DNA of 64,000 nucleotides from Eledone cirrhosa (GCA_964016885.1 OZ024743.1:221340001-221404000); one strand, 5' to 3'; positions 1 through 13,149 are shown, counted from the stretch's first letter. The notes: generated by a model from the letters alone, not told the origin. Program-made: numbers and translations.

Positions 1-3
1 AGC

Positions 4-48
<45 letters not shown>

Positions 49-75
49 TGTTGTTGTTGTTGTTGTTGTTGTAGT
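1..75. repeat. (TAG)n-(TTG)n compound microsatellite
   Basis: Direct reading; followed by a purine-rich low-complexity tract to ~600. Confidence 0.95.
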
Positions 76-792
76 ACGAGAGGAGGGGAGGGAAAACGAA
101 GCGAAGAAAGCAAGCAGTTGCAAAAGAAGAAGAAAATAAGAATGACGGAAAGAAAAAAGAATGAAAATTAAAGACCTAAAAAAATTCTGAAGAAAAAAAT
201 AGAAAACAAGTAAAAATAAAAAGAAAGAAAGAATAAGAGAAAAAAAATAAAATGGAAGGAAAGAGTTGAAAAAAAAATAGAAAGAAATAATAGGCTGGAG
301 TGAATAAGGGAGAAAGAATTGAAGGAAAATAGATAAGAAAGAACATGAAAATAAAAGAAGGAAAGAATAAAGAGAAAAGAAAACGAAAGAAAGGAAGAAT
401 AAAGAGAAAGGAAAACGAAGGAAAGGATAAAGAGAAAAGAAAAAGAAAGAATAAAAGAATAAAGATAAAAAAAAAGGAAAGAAAGAAAAGGGAGAAGGAA
501 GAAAAAAAGAAAAAGTGGAAAAATATATAGGAATAGGAAAGAGAAAGAAAAAAGTAAAAGAGAAGAAAAGAAAGGGAGAAAAAGGGGAAGTAAAGGAGGC
601 TGTAAGTAATGAAGGGAAAAGACGAAATAGGGAAATGTAATGGTGAGGTTTGTCTTGGAGATTAAAGAGATATTTAGAGGATGTCAGTAGAGAGGGATCT
701 GGTGATATGACTTGTCCTAGTAACCTTGGTCAGATAGCAGATTTGGTAATGGAGCGAGAAATAGAGTTAGGACTAAGATAGAGAAGGGGGAG

Positions 793-962
793 GAGAAGAA
801 GAAGAAGAAGAAGAAGAAGAAGAAGAAGAAGAAGAAGAAGAAGAAGAAGAAGAAGAAGAAGAAGAAGAAGAAGAAGAAGAAGATGACGACGATGATGATG
901 ATGATGATGATGTTGATGATGATGATGATGATGATCATCATCATCATCATCATCATCATCAT
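793..962. repeat. (GAA)n followed by (GAT)n/(CAT)n microsatellite
   Basis: Direct reading; the GAT run switches to its reverse complement CAT at ~934. Confidence 0.95.
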
Positions 963-1076
963 ATAAACCGTCAGGTGGAAATATTAAGTCGATTTTACTG
1001 AAAATTCAACACATAAAGAGACAAGATTAGATACGAAATGGCTTTTAACCTGGCAACCCACTGCTTCTCTATTAAA

Positions 1077-1370
1077 GGCCCGTAGCTTAGTGGTAAAAGT
1101 GTTTGGTTCACAACCGTAAGATCTAGAGTTCAATTCCAAGTGGACTGATGTATCCTTGACTAATAAACCTCATAACATGTTGCTCTAGTTCAATCAGATG
1201 GAAAATATATGCTGCCTATGTCATTCAAATGATCAGCCTTGTCCCACACTGTGTCCAACTAAATCTCCCTGAAGGCTCAGTCAGTTATACGTTCGCTTCG
1301 CGAATAGGATGTTCTGTTGATGAAACAACCAAAATACGTGTTGTCAGTAGCGACAGAGGTGAAACAACAT
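1077..1370 (+). mobile_element. tRNA-derived SINE, family B
   Basis: Head GGCCCGTAGCTTAGTGG...GAGTTCAATTCC (Pol III A and B boxes), then GTATCCTTGA...CCTTGTCCCACAC...AATCTCCCTGA. Homologous copies at ~14435-14715, 29325-29620, 31998-32287, 58990-59310 (+) and 34840-34975, 42190-42350 (-). Confidence 0.75.
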
Positions 1371-1580
1371 CAACAATAACAAGAACTGCTTCTCTGCATA
1401 TTTCGCCACCAACATCCTACTACATAACATTAACTATTTAAGGCGGCAAGGTGGCAGAGTTGTTAACACGGTTTGCGGCACTTATTCCTGCTCTTTGAAC
1501 TCAAAAGCCATCAAGGTCAACTTTGCATTTCCTCTTTACAAGGTCCAGAAATAAGGTGCATTACGGTGATTGATTCTTAT

Positions 1581-1661
<81 letters not shown>

Positions 1662-2173
1662 TCTCTCTCTCACTTGGTACCAAATCAGTTGTGTCCAGAC
1701 AAGGAGAGGGACAGACTCTACCAGGTTTAAGATTACCAAGTATGCATTAAGGAAACCCGCTTGACTCCACAAAGAGATATCATGGATGTATTTACTCCAG
1801 TAGAATGTGAAGTAGTGCTCTTCGCGGTGACTGTTGTTAATGTCAAACATGAACCCAGCTAATATCTTCAAGGTAACGTAAAATAGGATAGTGATCGGTG
1901 ATGAGAAGAGTATTGTTTTTGTTATGGTTGTCTGTAATTATGGGAAAGAGAGAAAGAAAAAGAGTAGCTATGGAAGAGATACCTAGAAGGCTTGACCCAC
2001 TGACGACACCACGGCACAATCAGTTACGGTAAAAGACTGCAGTGTTTGTACTTGTGCGTGTGTGTATGTATGAATGTATGCACGTATGTATGAACGTATG
2101 TATGCATGCTTGTATGTAATATATATATATATATATATTCATATATATGTATGTATGTATACACACACACATA

Positions 2174-2235
<62 letters not shown>

Positions 2236-3009
2236 GAGTAATAAGGGGCTGAGAGAAAGACATAAAGTCGGACAGATTGAAAGAAGCTTTAGCTATGACG
2301 ATTACATATAATTTTTTTTAGATGGTACTTGGAACTCCCCCCCCCCCCCACCACCACCACCACCCACCACCCCATGGGAACAATATAAACTGAAGCATGC
2401 AATATAATACATATAATACATTACTGAGATCTTTTTAGATTTATTGTATTGAATATCTATATGGTTATGGCTTCAACAGCATCAACTGCATCTGGGAATA
2501 TTCCCTTCCAAAGAATTACAAATGCAGTCATGGCTGCTATTGTTTCCCCATGTTTAATCACTACACAGCTCCTACTTAGTTAAACGCCTGAGTCAATAGT
2601 TACACCATCACACAACCACACCACCACAGCCAACACCAACTTAGCAAAGCAAAACTATTATATATATATTAACAGGTTTCATAAAGCTTTGCAGTGTTGA
2701 TGCATATTAACTAAATTCCCAAATTGAATATACTTGAACGAATATGTGTGTTATTAACACTTCCAAAACTATTTGGTGATATAATTCAAAGCTGCCTAGC
2801 TATAAAACTATTACGAAGAACAACATTTTTTTAGCAGTAAGTAAAGTAATGTCGGTGGTGTACAGCTGACAGGAATCTAAAAGGTAGTGAAAGATAAAGA
2901 CAGATAGAAAAAGAAAAAAATTCGAAAGAAAAATCAGTTCGATTACTTATAGATATATTCCCAAGCAAATCAATTTTCCGTACATAAAATCGTTTCAAAG
3001 TATCTTTTG

Positions 3010-3041
<32 letters not shown>

Positions 3042-3068
3042 ACTCTCTCTCTCTCTCTCTCTCTCTCT

Positions 3069-3184
<116 letters not shown>

Positions 3185-3187
3185 GTG

Positions 3188-3293
<106 letters not shown>

Positions 3294-4449
3294 TAGATTC
3301 ACAAACATGAAATATATAATATATTTGTGTATATATATATATATATAAATATATATTTATTTATATATATAATTGTGTCAATGTGTGTGTATATATATAT
3401 ATAAAGAGAGAGAGAGATACGTTTGCGAATGTGTATACATGTATGCATGTATGCATGTATGCATGTATGGATGCATGTGTATCAAGAGTGATTTCAAAGG
3501 AACGTCAGCAAACGAGGCATAGAAGTGGGAAATTAACATTAGACCGCGTGTGTGTGTGTGAGAGAAAGAGATGAAGAAGGATAAATATATATTTCCATTC
3601 ATATATCCATTTACATAAGTACATAGACTTATTTATATAGTTAGTAGACGTGAAGAAATAAAATAACGAATACCAAGTTCATAGCTTATATATTTATATA
3701 TTTCTAGTAGGGGTACTCAACGTAACTTGTTACTTTGTATTGTAAGTCACTACATTACATAAATACGACCACCAGCAAGAAATCAGTACCATACACTAGT
3801 ACATGTCTGGAGTTCACTAGTTGTTTCCATTTTATACTGGTTGCCATTGATACTTCTAGGGTATTCAGTATCCTGACTGCTGTTATGCTCCACAAAATCG
3901 GGAGGATTGCAAAACGCCTAACGAAAGGGTCTCGTGAAGTGAAATGTCTGATTCATCAGGTGTCGTTGACTGTTTTCCGTGGCAATGTATTAGATACCAA
4001 ACTCCGACATTCGGAAGAGGAAAAGCATGATCAAACTTTATTTCTGACGGTGAAAAATATGACATATTTATCATATTTTATATAGAAATGTTTCATTCGT
4101 ATGGAATCATGAATGTCCATGCCAGATGATCTCATGAGGTTGAAACAGTTCTAGTCCTGTAGAAGACATATTTTATATATATTAAAGAAGCCTATACTCT
4201 ACCAACGTATTAAGTATCTTTTTTAACTGTGGCTAACCCACCAACACAACTCTGAATCTAGCTGTCGAAACGGCCGGAACTCAGCCATCGGGGTCTTGAA
4301 TCTTTTCATATATATAGTACAAGAATAGGGTTTAAAGTATTGACAATTGTTTCATTAGTCCAGTGCGTCTAAAAGTCGTTGATCGTTAGAAGTCACCTCA
4401 CTCGACTTTAATTACAGTCGATACCCGACGAAATCATCTGAATATATAT

Positions 4450-5192
4450 ATTATGCTAATTGGGAGGGGAAATGATGTATATATATTATCAAATGATTCT
4501 ATGGACATGCTTTATAGTATTTTGCTCTGATTATTTAATTTATTAATTCTTCATTGAGCCACATCGTGAATGGTTGCCAAAACACATATATATCTGTGAC
4601 TTTGTTTAATTGGTGTATATGTAAATCTTTATATTTAATAATCTCCCATAAGGTTGAGATGCAATTTGGGCAATATTGGGCTGCGCTTTCTAGCAACCAA
4701 CCCACTCGCCGTAAGCAACCAATCACACTCCTTCTGACTTGACCACTGCCACGTCACAATTCTTAGCCATTTTGAATTCGTGTTTGGCGGGGGCCACTTC
4801 AGAAAATAATCTGTCCTAGCCAGTTTGTCTCCTGACGAGTTCGAAGCTCGAGATTTATCTTTAATAGGATATCTCAAAATGCGAACGAAACCCAAGGGTA
4901 GGGACATTATCCTGGTATGTAGATAAGCATTTCTAACTTTAATTTTATACCTAATTGTGTATGGTTGACCGTATAGTTAATTTATTTCCACGTGCTGTTG
5001 AAATGTTGGGTACATATTCTATAGCGGTTGGCCGCGAAGAGATCGCTGTCGTTTATTTATTTATTGTTTCTTCATAGGTGCCTTTTAATCTTATAGTCTG
5101 GTCTAATTGATTTTTTGTGTGGTTAATTATGCTAATTGGGAGAGGAAATGATGTATATATATTATCAAATGATTCTATGGACATACTTTATA

Positions 5193-5196
<4 letters not shown>
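4450..5196 (+). mobile_element. Penelope-like pLTR-derived unit bounded by ~70-bp direct repeats, containing a hammerhead
   Basis: TTATGCTAATTGGGAG.GGAAATGATG...TTTATAGTAT occurs at ~4450-4520 and ~5127-5196; hammerhead at 4826-4906; ends in (TA)n. Confidence 0.6.
4826..4906 (+). ncRNA. Type I hammerhead ribozyme (intact core)
   Basis: Stem I TGTCTC/GGGACA (one G-U); CTGACGA at 4832-4838; stem II GTTCG/CGAAC; GAAA at 4887-4890; stem III CCC-AA-GGG; cleavage triplet GTA ending at 4900. Confidence 0.85.
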
Positions 5197-5278
<82 letters not shown>

Positions 5279-5334
5279 TCCAGAATTAGCCGTCGAAACG
5301 GCTTGAGCTCAGCCGTCGGGGTCTTACTTGTTCC

Positions 5335-5380
<46 letters not shown>

Positions 5381-5682
5381 CAGTCGGCCAGCTTCTAAAT
5401 GTAGCATATGCATTTTTAAAAATTATTAAATATAGCGAAAGAATAAGAGAGGAAGAGAGTAAAAACAAGTGATTGTACTATGTATGTTATAAATTACTGA
5501 CGTATTCATACCACGGTAGCTAAAGCTGAAATTTTGCATACGTAGATGTACATCTGTTCAACAAGGTTATGTGACCTTTTTTCATATTCGTTCGTTGCAA
5601 CTGAAGACTGAAAAAAATTAAATTACTATATACCTGAAAGCGTTGCATTAGACACTGGAATATGCTACTAATTAGAAAACTA
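5381..5682. mobile_element. Possible degenerate MITE
   Basis: Imperfect inverted ends AGCTTCTAAATGTAGCATAT ... ATATGCTACTAATTAGAAAACT. Confidence 0.35.
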
Positions 5683-5794
5683 ATTCATTGAGAGTAATTA
5701 TGTAAATAAGTACATTAATAAAGAAAACAGAATATTTTCCGAGAAAATAGAAGAAAAACGCAAGAGTAATATTATATTTCGTTATTTATAGGTG

Positions 5795-5965
5795 GAAGGC
5801 ATGATTGTGTGGTTAAGGAGTGCATTTTGCAACCTCGTCCAATCAGATTCACCCCCACATCACCCCCTGCGGGGCACATTGGACAGGTGTCTTATAGTAT
5901 AGCCACATGATGAGCAATGCCTTTTGAGAGAAATTTAGCAGACGTTGTGGAATCTCGTCGTGTGG
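5795..5965 (+). mobile_element. tRNA-derived SINE, family C (degenerate)
   Basis: GGCATGATTGTGTGGTTAAG head and GGCACATTGGACAGGTGTCTT...TATAGCC body; related copies at 35005-35157, 42365-42512 and 62020-62115 (-). Confidence 0.6.
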
Positions 5966-6627
5966 TTTTACATCTGATATATATGTACATATCAAACTAG
6001 GGTTTCTAGATTAGGCACAGGGTCAGCAATTTATGCGGTAGTGAAAAATTGATTATATCGTCCCTAGTACATAAACAGTTTAATTTAATCGATTCTGAAC
6101 TGACTTAGACAGGATTTAATCGATTCTGAACCTGACTTAGACAGGATTTGAAATCAGAACTTAAATAACCAGAACAAATAACATAAAGTTTTCTGCTCAA
6201 CAGTCTAAAGCATCTACCAATACAACGCCCTCTACATATAAAAAAAATACACGAACACTTTTAGAAAACAGTTCATGAAAGAAATTCTATTCAGAGAACA
6301 TACAGAGGATAATTTATACATTTTGTTTTTCTTTTATATATATTTGCTCATCTTCTGAAATTATCTATTTAACATAATCAGATGCGTTCTCTGCAAATCG
6401 TTATCGTACATGAGAAAACTAACAACGCAGGGAATGTCTAGGAAGACATATTCTGGAAGACTCTTCGTGTATAGCAACTAATTTGTCATGTCTTTGAAAT
6501 GATGAATGCACCTCTAACCTGAACACAAATGATAAAAGAGAAGGAAAAAAACTATATATATACATACATACATACATACATATATGTATATATATATACA
6601 TATATATATGGTATACATATATACATA

Positions 6628-6681
<54 letters not shown>

Positions 6682-7202
6682 TATACATATATATATGATG
6701 TGCGTATATATATAAGTGCGTGTGTGCGTGTTTCTACATATATATACGTTTGCGTGAGTCTGTTTCTCTCTCTCTCTCTCTCTCTCACTCTCTCTCTCTC
6801 TCTCTGCTTTACACACACACACATCAATAATAAAAGCATAACTGATGTAGATAGATTTTAACTGGAAACTCTCGTGGACTATTTATATTTTAAAACTAAA
6901 ATTTCATATAATCCTCTAATAGAAAACAAATCAGTTCTTTTTTTGTTACATGAGTGAACAGAGAACGTTGATGGATGTAACCAGTTGTATAGCGTTAGTA
7001 GAATTCTAGGAAACTACTTGTGTACTACTTCGAAACTACTAAATAGTTCAAATTGTGGAAAAACATTGATTCACATTTAGCGCGAAGTCTCCATTTACGA
7101 TGTAAATATATTGAAGTATTTATACCAGCACACACAATTACATATACTCACATATATACAGAGAGAGATATATAGAGCGAGACAGACAGACAGACAAGCA
7201 CG

Positions 7203-7257
<55 letters not shown>

Positions 7258-7276
7258 GCGCATATATATATATGTA

Positions 7277-8240
7277 CTAGCAGTGAAGCCCGGCGTTGCT
7301 CCGGGCCGCTCAGTAGCTGTGTTAAAGTTACAATGTTAAGTTCCTCTCTTGGCTTAAAAACTGTATAGTCTACAGTTTAGACTTTCATGTGGTGTTTTTG
7401 ATTAATATTCCCTCAACCAACAGTATGCCACAACTTTATCGCCTACATCACCCCTCTGCACGACTATCTGTCTACACAACTTTATCGCCTATATCACATC
7501 TCTGCACGACTTTCTGTCTGCACAATTTTATCGCCTATCACCTCTCTGCACGACTGTCTGTCTGCACAACTTTATCGCCTATATCACCTCTCTGCACGAC
7601 TGTCTGTCTGCACAACTTTATCTCGTATATCACTTCTCTGCACGACTGGCTGTCTGCATGCCTCCATCGTCTATCAGCCCGACTGTCTGTCTGCACAACT
7701 TTATCGCCTATATCACCTCTCTGCACGACTGTCTGTCGTTTAAAATCATTGCTTCTAAATGAAAATCTCACAAGGCTTTATTCGAGATCAATGTTTTTTT
7801 TAAAATATATTTTGCTTGTTTTACGGTGTATTCAAATATGCTTGATTTCAAGTAAAAATATTGTTTTAAAAGACTTTTTTAATGGAAATGAAGCAAAATG
7901 GAAGCTTAATGTTGAAACTTCGAACTCATGAATTTTGTAGGTTAAAATGTTGCTGGCCCGAAAACTATTCGTGTATTTTTGTACTTTTACACGCGTCGTT
8001 TATTCGTATCGTAAATAGATAAACAGAATGACGCCATAAAAGGGAAATAACTCGTCTCTTATCTCTAGTAATACATTTGAACTGAAAAATCAATACATTA
8101 CAAATTCGATTTTTGCACTTGGCGTGGGTCGATTTGAAATTTTTTTTGACCGATGTCACCGCCGGACCTTCATCTATAAGTGTAGCAATTTCACCGAAAT
8201 TTGAACGTACGGTTTAGGAGATGTGTGCCGACCGTTTTAG

Positions 8241-8274
<34 letters not shown>

Positions 8275-8275
8275 T

Positions 8276-8315
<40 letters not shown>

Positions 8316-8333
8316 CCTCAGTTTTATATATAT
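7277..8333 (-). mobile_element. Non-autonomous Helitron, copy 1
   Basis: On the minus strand the 3' end is CTAG (7277-7280) preceded by hairpin GCCCGG/CCGGGC (7288-7306); 5' region TATATATAAAACTGAGGTTG(TCTG)n; internal minisatellite 7430-7737. Confidence 0.8.
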
Positions 8334-8696
8334 ACTAGCAGTAAAGCCCGCAGTTGCTCGGGGCTGCTCAGTAACTGTGTTAAAGTTGCAATGTCAAGTT
8401 CCTTTCTTGGCTTAAACACTGTAGAGTCTACAGTGTAGACTTTCATGAGATACTTTTGATTAATAATCCCTCAACCAACAGTATGCCTTATGAAGTTAAG
8501 AAAACATAACCATAACTCGAATGTTAAAACAAAAGAGAATTATGGGGATAAAAACTGCACTGGTAATCTATTAACAAAAATCGAAAATGTAAACACTGCA
8601 ACACTTGTCTCAGAGAAAAACATCAGCGTAACCAAACTATCAGTTATTTTGAAACAAAGAAATTGGATGGACATGTAAAACAAAAAAAAATGCAAT

Positions 8697-9673
8697 TTCA
8701 TCGCCTATCACCTCTCTGCACGATTGTCTGTCTGCACAACTTTATTGCCTATATCACCTCTCTGCACGACTGTCTGTCTGCATGCCTCCATCGTCTATCA
8801 GCCCAACTGTCTGTCAGCACAACTTTATCCCCTATATCACCTCTCTGCACGACTGTCTGTCTGCATGCCTCCATCGTCTATCAGCCCGACTGTCTGTCAG
8901 CACAACTTTATCCCCTGTATCACCTCTCTGCACGACTGTCTGTCAGCACAACTTTATCCCCTATATCACCTCTCTGTACGACTGTCTGTCAGCACAACTT
9001 TATCCCCTATATCACCTCTCTGCACGACTGTCTGTCTACATGCCTCCATCGTCTATCAGCCCGACTGTCTGTCAGCACAACTTTATCCCCTATATCACCT
9101 CTCTGCACGACTGTCTGTCTGCATGCCTCCATCGTCTATCAGCCCAACTGTCTGTCAGCACAACTTTATCCCCTATATCACCTCTCTGCACGACTGTCTG
9201 TCTGCATGCCTCCATCGTCTATCAGCCCGACTGTCTGTCAGCACAACTTTATCCCCTATATCACCTCTCTGCACGACTGTCTGTCTGCATGCCTCCATCG
9301 TCTATCAGCCCGACTGTCTGTCAGCACAACTTTATCCCCTATATCACCTCTCTGCACGACTATCTGTCTACATGCCTCCATCGTCTATCAGCCCGACTGT
9401 CTGTCAGCACAACTTTATCCCCTATATCACCTCTCTGCACGACTGTCTGTCTGCATGCCTCCATCGTCTATCAGCCCGACTGTCTGTCAGCACAACTTTA
9501 TCCCCTATATCACCTCTCTGCACGACTGTCTGTCTGCATGCCTCCATCGTCTATCAGCCCGACTGTCTGTCAGCACAACTTTATCCCCTATATCACCTCT
9601 CTGCACGACTATCTGTCTACATGCCTCCATCGTCTATCAGCCCGACTGTCTGTCAGCACAACTTTATCCCCTA
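8697..9673. repeat. 83-bp minisatellite, roughly 11 units with shorter variants
   Basis: Unit TATATCACCTCTCTGCACGACTGTCTGTCTGCATGCCTCCATCGTCTATCAGCCCGACTGTCTGTCAGCACAACTTTATCCCC; accounts for the three overlapping >300-aa ORFs. Confidence 0.95.
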
Positions 9674-10733
9674 CTAGCAGTAAAGCCCGGCGTTGCTCGG
9701 GGTCGCTCAGTAGCTGTGTTAAAGTTACAATGTTAAGTTTCTTTTTTGGCTTAAAAACTGTAGTGTCTACTGTGCAGACTTGCATGTGGTGTTTTTGATT
9801 AATATTCCCTCAACCAACAATATGCCTTATGAAGTTAAGAAAACATAACGATAACCCGAATGTTATAACAAAAGAGAATGCTGGGGATAAAAACTGCACT
9901 GGTTATTTATTAACAAAGATCGAAAATGTAAACACTGCAACGCAGAGAAAAACATTAGCGTAACCAAATTATCAGTTATGTCTGTCTGCACGCCTATATC
10001 ACCTCTCTGCACGACTGTCTGTCTGCACGCCTATATCACCTCTCTGCACGACTATCTGTCTGCACGCGTATATCACCTCTCTGCCCGACTGTCTGTCTGC
10101 ACGCGTATATCACCTCTCTGCACGACTGTCTGTCTGCACGACTGTCTGTCTGCACGCCTAACGAAATTTACAGATACATATATTTTAAATAAACTTATAT
10201 AATTTTTGCTTTTTTTTACGAAATATTTGCTTGTTTTACGTAGTCTTTAAATAGACTTGTTTTCAAGTAAAAATATTGTTTTAAAAGGCTTTTAAATGGA
10301 AATGAAGCAAAACGGAAGCTTAGTGTTCGAACTGATGAATTTTGCAGGTCAAAATTTTGCTGGCTCGACAACTGTTCGTGTATTGTGTTAATGTCATTTT
10401 AAACGCTGAGAAAGCCAGCGTAATTTTTTTAATTTTTGCCAGCGTAATTTTTTTAATTTTTGCACGCAGAAAATGTAAAGAGAACGTAAGACGCTACGCT
10501 GAATGTAAACAGAACAAAGGGAAATAACTGATCACTTACGCTCAAAAATCGATACATTATATTCGATTTCGTCAGATAGGGCGGGTCAATTTGAAATATT
10601 TTTTTCCGATGTCTTCGCTAGGGCTCAATGTACAAGTATAGCAATTTCGGTGCAATTCCGTGAGAGATTCTAAGAGGAGATGTGTGCCAAAAATCGATAG
10701 ACAGACAGGCAACCTCAGTTTTATATATATAGA
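9674..10733 (-). mobile_element. Non-autonomous Helitron, copy 3 (complete, nested)
   Basis: 5' TCTATATATATAAAACTGAGG at 10733 and 3' hairpin plus CTAG at 9674; inserted between A and T of the minisatellite word CCCCTA|TATCACC with no TSD. Confidence 0.85.
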
Positions 10734-10959
10734 TATCACCTCTCTGCACGACTGTCTGTCTGCATGCCTCCATCGTCTATCAGCCCGACTGTCTGTCAGT
10801 GCACGACTATCTGTCTGCATGCCTCCATCGTCTATCAGCCCGACTGTCTGTCAGCACAACTTTATCCCCTATATCACCTCTCTGCACGACTATCAGTCTA
10901 CACAACTTTATCGCCTTTTAAAAAAAATGTTTAAAGAAATTTTTAGCCTGATAGTGGGG

Positions 10960-11018
10960 TTTATTTTTTATGTAAATCCTCAATGGTTAATAAAAAAAAT
11001 CATTGTTATTATTATTAT
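10960..11018 (+). mobile_element. Extreme 3' tip of a Tx1-like LINE with (ATT)n tail
   Basis: TTATGTAAATCCTCAATGGTTAATAAAAAAAATCATTGTTATTATT resembles the 3' end of the 16258-22061 element (TTATGTAAACCCTTGTGGTTAATAAAGAAAGCATTATT). Confidence 0.55.
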
Positions 11019-11020
11019 AG

Positions 11021-11252
11021 AGAGGTGGCTTGGTAGTATCAGTAGAGCGTCAGATACCATGCTTCACAGCATAGAGTTACGGCCCACTACGTTCTGAGTT
11101 TAAATGCCGCCGAGTTTAGCTTTGCCTTTCATCCTTACAGGGTCGATAAAATAAAGCACCAGTAATGTACTGGGATTGATTTAATCGACGTTTCCCTCCC
11201 TTTCAAATTGCTGGCCTTGTGCCTAAGGTAGAAACAATTATTATTATTATTA
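11021..11252 (+). mobile_element. tRNA-derived SINE, family A (probable Meta-domain type)
   Basis: Central TTTGCCTTTCATCCTTACAGGGTCGATAAAATAAAGCACCAG and tail TTGCTGGCCTTGTGCC...GTAGAAAC(AAT/ATT)n. Further copies at ~1441-1570, 28741-28932, 32331-32445, 41870-42040, 56556-56682, 58586-58710, 60420-60520 (+) and 6008-6232, 38595-38760, 41120-41225, 51492-51665, 58183-58312, 60108-60272 (-). Confidence 0.8.
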
Positions 11253-11275
11253 GATGTAAAGTACCAGTAATGCAG

Positions 11276-11429
11276 CAGCAATTACCCAGTGCATTACTGG
11301 TACTTTATTTTATCGACCCCGTAAGGATGAAAGGCAAAGTCAACCTCAAATCCCGCGGAGGTTGACTTTGCCTTTCATCCTTACGGGGTCGATAAAATAA
11401 AGTACCAGTAATGCACTGGATAATTGCTG
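11276..11429. repeat. Inverted repeat of the SINE-A core (72-bp arms, 10-nt loop)
   Basis: 11276-11347 is the reverse complement of 11358-11429 with one mismatch. Confidence 0.9.
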
Positions 11430-11571
11430 GCCTTGTGCTTAGAGTAGAAACAATTATTATTATTGGATGTATGTGTGTATATATATATATATAAACACAC
11501 ACACACAAACACACATATATATATATATATCGTTTTTCTTTGATATTAAACGGGGCTTATATATATATATA

Positions 11572-11648
<77 letters not shown>

Positions 11649-11945
11649 GTATGTTGGAATGTGAGGGTACTTTGAATTTCATGAAAAAAATTTTTTTTAA
11701 TTTTCTTTCATATAACCGACTGAAGCTTTTCTAAAGAATGCAAGTAATAGTTCCGTTAACGTCTGGAAAAACGGTAAAACTATTGCCTATTTCTATATCT
11801 TGTCTAAATCTAATGAAACTGTCTTGAAAGGAAACATACCCATGATATGTTAAATAATATAAATGTAAATATATATACATATATATGCACTCTTCTATGC
11901 TACTTATATATATATATGTATATGTATATGTTTTATGTATGTGTG

Positions 11946-12017
<72 letters not shown>

Positions 12018-12363
12018 TATAGAATATGTGTGTGTATATATGTATAAGTATATATATATATATGTATATATATATATAGAAATATATAGAATATGTGTGT
12101 ACGTGAGTGTATATATGTATAAGTATATATATATATATGTGTGTGTGTGTGCGTGCTTCTGTGTGTGTATTCGCTTGCTCGACTCAATCATTGGACTGCG
12201 AACATATTCAACAGATTTAGTCGATTAAATCGACCATCCACCACTATTGGATTTAAGTCTCGTACGTATTTTATCGATCACTTTTTGTCGAACCGCTAAT
12301 TTGTGAGGCATAAACACAGACACAGCACACACACCTACCCACATCCACCCACCAACAGACACG

Positions 12364-12435
<72 letters not shown>

Positions 12436-13149
12436 ATGCGTAGCGATTACGTAAAGTTTCAGCTCAAATTTAAGAAAATTCTGTGAAAAAAGATAAATTG
12501 AAATAGATTATAAACTCAAAGCTAAATTGAAATAGATTATTCTTTCATTGAATTAAACTACTCCTACACCACCATTATTTTTTAATATTTCTAATCGAGC
12601 ACCTTATCTCTTTTTCGTCTGTCCAAAATTTATTCCAACAATTTTTTTTATCTCCAGAGAATTCTTCGTGTTAAAAGCGAATGGATATGCCAGCACCAAT
12701 CTACATCTCACTGTCAGAATAGCAATCAACAATTTCTACTACCGATCAATGAGAATATATACTTATTTAATCTAGAGGGAATGCTTCTCCCTTTAGTAGT
12801 TTTTTATATGAAGAAAATAACTCCAATATTAGATAGCATAATGGGAATTCATTTCTAATCTTTTCCAATAGAACGAGGGATAATTTAACTTCATATTAAA
12901 ATTACACATTCTATACACTAAGACAAAATTTCTAAAACAAATCAAATTATTGTTTTAATTTATTAAAAACTTAAACGACTTTTATTAAATATTTTCCCAA
13001 AAGGTTTATTATAAAAAAGAGTAAGTTTAAAACGCGTTTCAATATGTAGAATATTAATTCTTTCTAAAACTGTTGTCTATTTTTCCCGTATAGCTTAAAA
13101 AAGAATATCATTTACAGAAAGGAACAAGTTGGGTGTGTTGTGGTATAAG

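Larger units (their letters stand above)
8335..10917 (-). mobile_element. Non-autonomous Helitron, copy 2 (5'-truncated, interrupted by copy 3)
   Basis: CTAG plus hairpin at 8335-8365 directly abutting copy 1; expanded minisatellite 8697-9673 resumes at 10734-10917. Confidence 0.75.

Noticed and set aside
345-962. Lys/Glu-rich and poly-Phe/Ile ORFs
   Set aside because: Translations of purine-rich low-complexity DNA and (GAA)n/(GAT)n repeats.
1077-1140. tRNA gene
   Set aside because: A and B boxes are present but there is no complete cloverleaf, and it runs into a SINE body repeated elsewhere.
4115-4160. CAGATGA...GAAA hammerhead-like motif
   Set aside because: Core U is mutated and stems I and III do not pair convincingly; at most a decayed pLTR relic.
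8697-9673. CRISPR-like array or Cys-rich protein gene
   Set aside because: No unique spacers; it is a plain tandem repeat inside Helitron ends, in eukaryotic DNA.
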